Program-made: the position numbers and the translations under genes
Assembly: GCA_964357615.1 (NCBI GenBank)
Contig: CAYHMC010000001.1
Coordinates: forward strand, 2,602 to 66,601
Direction: 5' to 3'
Origin: an uncultured Candidatus Saccharibacteria bacterium
Lineage (GTDB): Bacteria; Patescibacteriota; Minisyncoccia; UBA6257; JACOXY01
Length of the DNA stretch: 64,000 nucleotides
Shown here: positions 58,472-64,000 of the stretch, one piece after another
Position numbering within the stretch: position 1 is the stretch's first letter
How the letters are laid out: each line of letters starts with the position of its first letter
Notes under the pieces: model-generated
Told to the model about the DNA's origin: nothing
What the model saw: the letters and a program-made list of their open reading frames with translations, nothing else
Database searches by the model: none

Positions 58472-60271
58472 TTATTTTTTAGTTAATACCTTTTCTAAAA
58501 ACTCAACAACTTTAGGATATGCATCTAATCTATTTTTTAATTTTGAAAGACCATGGCCTTCATCTAGGTAAATTAATAGCTCCACAGCTTTACCATGTTC
58601 TTTAAGTTTAGTTTCAATTTGCTCGGCTTCCGAGAGTGGAACTCGTGGATCATTTGCCCCATGTATTACTAAAAGTGGAGCTTTAATTTTATCTAATGAA
58701 TTAATTGGCGAGATTGATTTAAGAAACTCTCTATTTTTTTCTAATGATCCATATTCAGCTTCTCTATTTGCTCTGCGATATGGGGCAGTATTCTCTAGGA
58801 ATGTAATAAAGTTGGCTACTCCAACTATATCTACTCCAGCGGCCCAAAAATCGGGATAAAATGCCATACATGCCAAAACCATAAAGCCACCATAACTGCC
58901 ACCCATCGCAACTAATTTATTTCCGTCTACTTCTGGAATATTTTTTAAATATTCACTTAATGCAACAATATCCTTAACCGAATCCATTCTTTTTTCTACA
59001 TTGTCTAGTGCCATATATGTTTTTCCATATCCTGAACTTCCGCGAATATTAGGCGCTACAACAATATATCCAGCATAAACAAAATATTGTGTAAGAAGAG
59101 CTAAGCTGGGTTTATATTGTGATTCTGGGCCTCCATGAATATTTATTATTGTTGGTAATTTTTTGTGAGCTTCTATATTTTTAGGTTTATAAATAAAGGC
59201 GGGGATTTCTAAACCATCAAAAGATTTAAAGTGAAAGAGCTCTGGTTCTACTAGAATATCTTGTGGCACTCCTTGGGGCGTATCCGTTAGTTGCTCTGTC
59301 TTCCCGGTTTCCATATCGGCGATAAAGATATTTGTTGTTCTCTTAGAGTCGCCCAAACCAAAAGTCATATATTTACCATTCGCAGAGAAACTTAAACCTT
59401 CGATTTCGCCAGATGGCAGATTGTATGGAATTGGTTTTAAAGTGTAAGGTTCATAAATTGTTAGCTTGTTATATCCATCTTCATTAATTGCTATACCAAA
59501 ATATTTCCCACCGCGATGCATGGCTAATCCAATAATGTCCCAGTTTGGTTTTATAACATATTCAAATTTCTTAGTATTCAATGAATATTTAGCAAGACTT
59601 TCGAATTCCAAATCATAATTTGTTGCGATATAAAACGAAGATTCATCCGGTAGCCAGCGTGGAGCTCCATAAGAAACATTGTTATCGTGAGGGGTAATGT
59701 GTTCAGTTTCGTTGGTCTCCAAATTAAATAAGTAGAGGTCATTATTTTCGTTTGAATAAAATCTGCTTATTGCAAGATATTTACCGCTTGGAGAAAAACC
59801 AGCTGAGCTACAAGAATCACCTAAATCGAAAACACACCGCTTTTCCTTGGTTTTAAGATTCATTATGTAAACATCAAAGTCTTTGCCGTTTCTTTCATTA
59901 GAAGCATAGGAAATAAATTTACCATCATAAGAAAACGAACCAAGCTGATATTTTACTTCTGGTTTATTAGTCAGTTCTGTAATTTCTTTGGTATTTGAAT
60001 CAATTAAATAAATTTGATTTTTTTCACTACCGCCCTCTGACTTCGAAAACGCGATTAAGTTTTCTCTAGGCGAAAAAATCATGCCCTCTATAAAATCAGG
60101 AAAATCTGTAAGCTGAGTTGCATCACCGCCATCTATAGACATTAAATAAATCTGAGTTGTACCAGTTAGATTAGATAAGTATGCAATTTTAGATGCATCT
60201 GGGCTAAACCTTGAGCCAAAAGATGTCTTAACTTTCAAGAAATCAGCTATTGTATATTTGTTGTTTTCCAT
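58472..60271 (-). CDS. S9 family (acylaminoacyl-type) peptidase
   Basis: Beta-propeller repeats, HGGP, GGSYGG, DPRV, EGHG. Confidence 0.95.
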   Translation of the reverse strand: MENNKYTIADFLKVKTSFGSRFSPDASKIAYLSNLTGTTQIYLMSIDGGDATQLTDFPDFIEGMIFSPRENLIAFSKSEGGSEKNQIYLIDSNTKEITELTNKPEVKYQLGSFSYDGKFISYASNERNGKDFDVYIMNLKTKEKRCVFDLGDSCSSAGFSPSGKYLAISRFYSNENNDLYLFNLETNETEHITPHDNNVSYGAPRWLPDESSFYIATNYDLEFESLAKYSLNTKKFEYVIKPNWDIIGLAMHRGGKYFGIAINEDGYNKLTIYEPYTLKPIPYNLPSGEIEGLSFSANGKYMTFGLGDSKRTTNIFIADMETGKTEQLTDTPQGVPQDILVEPELFHFKSFDGLEIPAFIYKPKNIEAHKKLPTIINIHGGPESQYKPSLALLTQYFVYAGYIVVAPNIRGSSGYGKTYMALDNVEKRMDSVKDIVALSEYLKNIPEVDGNKLVAMGGSYGGFMVLACMAFYPDFWAAGVDIVGVANFITFLENTAPYRRANREAEYGSLEKNREFLKSISPINSLDKIKAPLLVIHGANDPRVPLSEAEQIETKLKEHGKAVELLIYLDEGHGLSKLKNRLDAYPKVVEFLEKVLTKK

Positions 60272-60335
60272 TTTATTTTAGTTCCTAGAATCATATCTGA
60301 AATAAATAACACCGCAATAGCGTGGCTACACTTTT

Positions 60336-60803
60336 TTATTTAGTTTTTTTGAGGCGTTTAGGGAGATGTTTATTTTGCCACTTGCGTTCGCGGTCGTGTT
60401 TGGCTATCCCTACGGCTTTTAGGGCATACATTGCAGCTCCAGGGGCATGAGTTGCAACATGTGCTACTGCAACTGCTTGGCCTGCAGAGCGTGCTGAAAA
60501 TCGTGCTGGGCTATCTTCTTTCGCACTTCGTGCCGCCGCATGAGCATCAAGTGAGGCTTTGCGGATTACTGCCATTTTAAAAATTCCAGTTCTTGCCCAT
60601 TTGCGACATGCTTTGATTGCTTCACGAGGGCGTTTATCTTTGGGAAATTCTTTTTCAAAATAGTGCAAAACATGCTCTGCGCAATCTGCAGCCCAAAGAG
60701 CCAATAACTTTTGGTCATCTTTAGTTACTTTTTTTAAATTGATTAAATTTAATTCAACTTCTTTTTTGAGGGTTATCAAAGAAATTGGACTAGAGTTTTG
60801 CAT
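60336..60803 (-). CDS. Imm5-like protein
   Basis: LALWAADCAEHVL...DKRPREAI...AHAAAR...ARSAGQAVAVAH. Confidence 0.75.
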   Translation of the reverse strand: MQNSSPISLITLKKEVELNLINLKKVTKDDQKLLALWAADCAEHVLHYFEKEFPKDKRPREAIKACRKWARTGIFKMAVIRKASLDAHAAARSAKEDSPARFSARSAGQAVAVAHVATHAPGAAMYALKAVGIAKHDRERKWQNKHLPKRLKKTK

Positions 60804-60834
60804 TTACTAAGGTTAAAATATTATTTGTGGCCAA

Positions 60835-61455
60835 TCAATTTTTAATCTCAGAATTTTCTAAGAGGGAGAGCGCTAAGCTACTCATCGCTAAATATTGATA
60901 TGCTCTAATGGGATCATTAATTCTTGAGTCGGAAGTGTGACTTTTTTCATTTCTAAACATGTCAATAGCCATAGTAAGGAATTTGACTGCTTGATTAAAA
61001 TCTCCATCAACATTAGAAGCAGAAGCTCCTTTTATGTGTAACTTTCCTTTTCCAAAAGCTTCTGAACCTGTTTCATACCCAGTTAATTCTCGCAACTTAT
61101 CTCTTACGATTTTAAAACTTTTTTCTACGGCTTCGGCATATTCTTTCGACAAATATAAGGAGGTGCACTTTTCCTTTATCAGTGGGTGTATGTGAGAAAA
61201 TTCTTTTTCTATTGTTTTTGTATCTTTTTTTATGTGATTGGTTCTTTGTATATATTCATATAAACCTGCTTTCTTACGCCTTGTGAGAAACTTTTTTGCA
61301 CGCAACAATGCAACACCCATCTGCATTGAATTGAAATTGTTACCCCATGATTCCAGTTTTTTCAAAATTGCAGATGAGGTCCGCCAATTTCTAAAGAAGC
61401 CATCTTGCCAAAGAATCTTTAAACCATCGGATGAATTTTCTACAGATTTTTTCAT
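60835..61455 (-). CDS. N-terminal wHTH-like domain fused to TIGR02391/Ymh (HEPN-like) domain
   Basis: IHPLI...YAEAVEKSF...LRELTG...AF...FRNEKSH (R-x4-H). Confidence 0.75.
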   Translation of the reverse strand: MKKSVENSSDGLKILWQDGFFRNWRTSSAILKKLESWGNNFNSMQMGVALLRAKKFLTRRKKAGLYEYIQRTNHIKKDTKTIEKEFSHIHPLIKEKCTSLYLSKEYAEAVEKSFKIVRDKLRELTGYETGSEAFGKGKLHIKGASASNVDGDFNQAVKFLTMAIDMFRNEKSHTSDSRINDPIRAYQYLAMSSLALSLLENSEIKN

Positions 61456-61862
61456 TATTTACTTAATTCGTTTTCTACATATTGTTCTCCGGTAGATGTC
61501 AGAACCCATGACTTTTTTCCATTTTTCTTTTCTTCCGTTTCCATCATATGCGCATTTTTTATATTCATATTAACCTTATCGTTTATGTTGGCAGGTGCGG
61601 GATATTTAGCTGCAATAAAACCCTTCTTTAGATCATCTGCATTAACAGATTCAGTTTTTTCTACATGTTCTAAAAAGTAAGCAATTGCTACTGTTCGCTT
61701 TACGTCATCATTAATTTTTTTACCTAACAAAAATTCTTTAATAGACATTTTCTTTTTAGAATCTAAAACAATGCTGTCAAATGGTCCAGGTGATTTTATT
61801 TGTTCTAATTTATTAACTCTATCCTCCAAAGATGAGATTCTTTTTTCAATATGTTCATTCAT
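61455..61862 (-). CDS. Coiled coil + putative winged-helix protein
   Basis: RISSLEDRVNKLE, AIAYFL, C-terminal WVLTSTGEQYV wing-like motif. Confidence 0.65.
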   Translation of the reverse strand: MNEHIEKRISSLEDRVNKLEQIKSPGPFDSIVLDSKKKMSIKEFLLGKKINDDVKRTVAIAYFLEHVEKTESVNADDLKKGFIAAKYPAPANINDKVNMNIKNAHMMETEEKKNGKKSWVLTSTGEQYVENELSK

Positions 61863-61864
61863 AA

Positions 61865-62248
61865 TTATTTTTTAAAACGAGCGATTACTTGTGAAAGTTT
61901 ATAGTTTGGTAGATAGTAACGACTATTTTCTGACTTTATATCTTTTGACTCGAGAAGATTTTTTAGGGTTATTTTTACACTTCCCTCAGGGGCAATTTCC
62001 ATTTTTATTATTTCTGAAGGCGTTATTCTGTCTTCTGTGCCGAGTATTAGACTTCTAGCTTTTATTCCAGCTAGGACAAGAAGAATTCTTTCAGCGTTGG
62101 GAAGTTCCCAAAAGCCACCTGAAAACTCAAGAGTCTTCGATTCTTTATTTATTAATAGGTAAGGTTTTAAAAGATCAGCCAAGCCAACTTTGTCTATTGT
62201 TTGGGATTCGCTTACTAGTAAACTTGCCAATGGATCTTGATTGTTCAT
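61865..62248 (-). CDS. Putative winged-helix protein
   Basis: ITPSEI...GSVKITLKNL...I...RYYL pattern. Confidence 0.65.
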   Translation of the reverse strand: MNNQDPLASLLVSESQTIDKVGLADLLKPYLLINKESKTLEFSGGFWELPNAERILLVLAGIKARSLILGTEDRITPSEIIKMEIAPEGSVKITLKNLLESKDIKSENSRYYLPNYKLSQVIARFKK

Positions 62249-62547
62249 AATTGTAGTTTATAAATTACTTATAATAACTACTATTATAAACTATTCAAAT
62301 TAAAATGCAAGAGAAAGTGAAGTTTTTGGAGTATTATTTAGTCTATTATTTTAGTAATTTTTAAACTAGTCTAAATTTATCCTTATTTTAAAGCTTATTT
62401 CCTCATAATAAGAAAATATTTTTGTCGTGAATAAAAACTAATATATGCAATACATACTTATATTTATCCATATGAAAATGTTCCTTGCATTTTATACAGA
62501 ATAACTTGGTGATTGAAAGTTGTATTAAAAGGTGAAATAATTAAAAA

Positions 62548-64000
62548 ATGATAAGTTCCATTAGTCCAAAAGACGAATTAAATAAAAGTTTGGTGCGCAG
62601 AGACGACTCAGAAGAATTCAAAAAAGAAATGAAAAAACGAGAGAGTGATTATGCTAAGGACCTCGATTCTCTTAGTTTAGATTCCAAGAAAGACAAAAAA
62701 TTATCTGGACAAAAATCTCTAAAGCAAAAAAAAGACCGCAGATAAAGCTTTTGAAGACAGGGTTTGGCTCTTGTTCGCCAATCTTGGAGCATCATTTTTA
62801 AACAAAGAAAATTCGAAATTATTCTTAGATATAAAAAAGACAAAACAAATTGATGTTATTGCTAAAATTGATGATCTAATTTTTGTTGTTGAGTGTAAAT
62901 ATTCAGAAAAAAAATCTAGATCACTAAGAAAAGATTTAGCTGAAACATCTAAATTAAGACGCCCAATAACAGAACTTTTTATAAATAATTGGCCAGAGGC
63001 AAGAGTAATTTTTGTTTATGCTCTTGAAAAAATAGAATTATCAGAATCTGATGAAAGAGACGCTTCAAATTACGGCATAAAGGTTTGGGATTCAAGCATA
63101 ATTTCTTATTTTGAAGATTTGGAAAATAGATTAGGTGACGCCGCAAAGTATCAAGTTTTTGCAGAATCACTTGAAGACGAGGAAATTGGTTCTTATTCGC
63201 CCAGAGTTCCTGCGATAAAGAGTGATTTTAACGGAGTTCCATTTTATTATTTTCTCGCACGACCAGAATCCTTGTTAAAAATAGCATATATTTTTCATAG
63301 GAAATTAAGAATTGGAGATCAGCACGAAAATCCATATCAAAGAATGGTAAACAAAAGAAGAATTGAGGACATTAGAAACTTCGTGGCTTCTAAGGGCTAT
63401 TTTTCAAATAATGTGATTGCAAACTTCAAACAATCACCAAAATTTAATAAAACTGATATTATAGAGGGTATTGAATACGGTGTTTTGACACTTCCAATTT
63501 TTTATCAGTCATTATGGATTATAGACGGACAGCATCGCTTATTTGGTTATTCAAATACAGGCGAAGCTAAAGACCACCTTATTCCAGTTCTTGCATTTCA
63601 GGGTCTTAATGAGGAAAAACAAGGCAAATTATTTATTGATATAAATTACAATCAAAAAAGTGTTGATCAAAATTTATTATGGGATTTGTATAGTGATATA
63701 TACTATCAAAGCAGAGATCCTGAAGAAAGACTGCTCTATGTGATAAGCATGATAGGTAAGAAACTAAATTCTAATAAAAGTTCTCCATTTTTTAACTACG
63801 TTTATATTCCAAGCATGAATGAATCTGGTCCGGGCGTAAATATTAAACTTACAACTTTTGGCGTACGGCTACAAAAGGGCAGTTTCTTAAAGGGGCAGAA
63901 AGATTTATTTAAAGAAAATAATGAGAATACTATAGATTTTGCTACAAAAAGAATAATCGAATATTTTAATATACTCAAAAGCTTTAACTCTAAAGATTGG
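62548..64000 (+). CDS. PD-(D/E)xK nuclease-DGQHR (DndB-like) protein, split by a one-base frameshift, 3'-truncated
   Basis: ORF 62548..62745 plus a +1 frame open from 62723 to the window end: FEDRVW, QIDVIA...VVECK, YQRM, IIDGQHRL (63524-63538), LFIDIN; not in the ORF track. Confidence 0.85.

Noticed and set aside
36700-64000. Prophage, integron or IS element explaining the accessory region
   Set aside because: No integrase, transposase, phage structural gene, repeated attC-like site or tRNA anchor was recognised.

Overview
AT-rich bacterial chromosomal window using the standard genetic code. Gene content (DUF5652, DUF5666, CxxC-x17-CxxC and PG-binding surface proteins, a truncated ATP-synthase epsilon, few Shine-Dalgarno sites) suggests Patescibacteria/Parcubacteria (inference). 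Layout: (1-15.6 kb) surface-glycan locus with GT2/GT4/GT-C glycosyltransferases, two clan-A-like glycoside hydrolases and Pro/Thr-rich surface proteins; (15.6-22.5 kb) CorC-like transporter, M1 aminopeptidase, GT4, ychF; (22.7-29.9 kb) six-gene group-4-hydrogenase-related (Ehr) operon with no NiFe ligands and with three of four small-subunit Fe-S cysteines replaced by Asp; (29.9-36.7 kb, minus strand) atpBEFHAGDC plus a carbonic-anhydrase-like gene; (36.7-60 kb) accessory envelope/stress genes; (60.3-64 kb) a probable defence patch (three wHTH genes ending in a HEPN-like Ymh domain, and a frameshifted PD-(D/E)xK-DGQHR gene). The most unusual non-coding signals are short ATCCC...GGGAT inverted-repeat elements sitting exactly at start codons (two at the atpG/atpD ATGA overlap, one at atpE) that regenerate the ATG, a recurrent GGTCG motif in leaders, and many apparently leaderless promoters. 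The supplied ORF track labels 29949..30287, 30371..30643 and 30624..32024 as '+', but their translations come from the minus strand. All family assignments are by motif recognition, not database search. No rRNA, tRNA, CRISPR array or transposase was seen.
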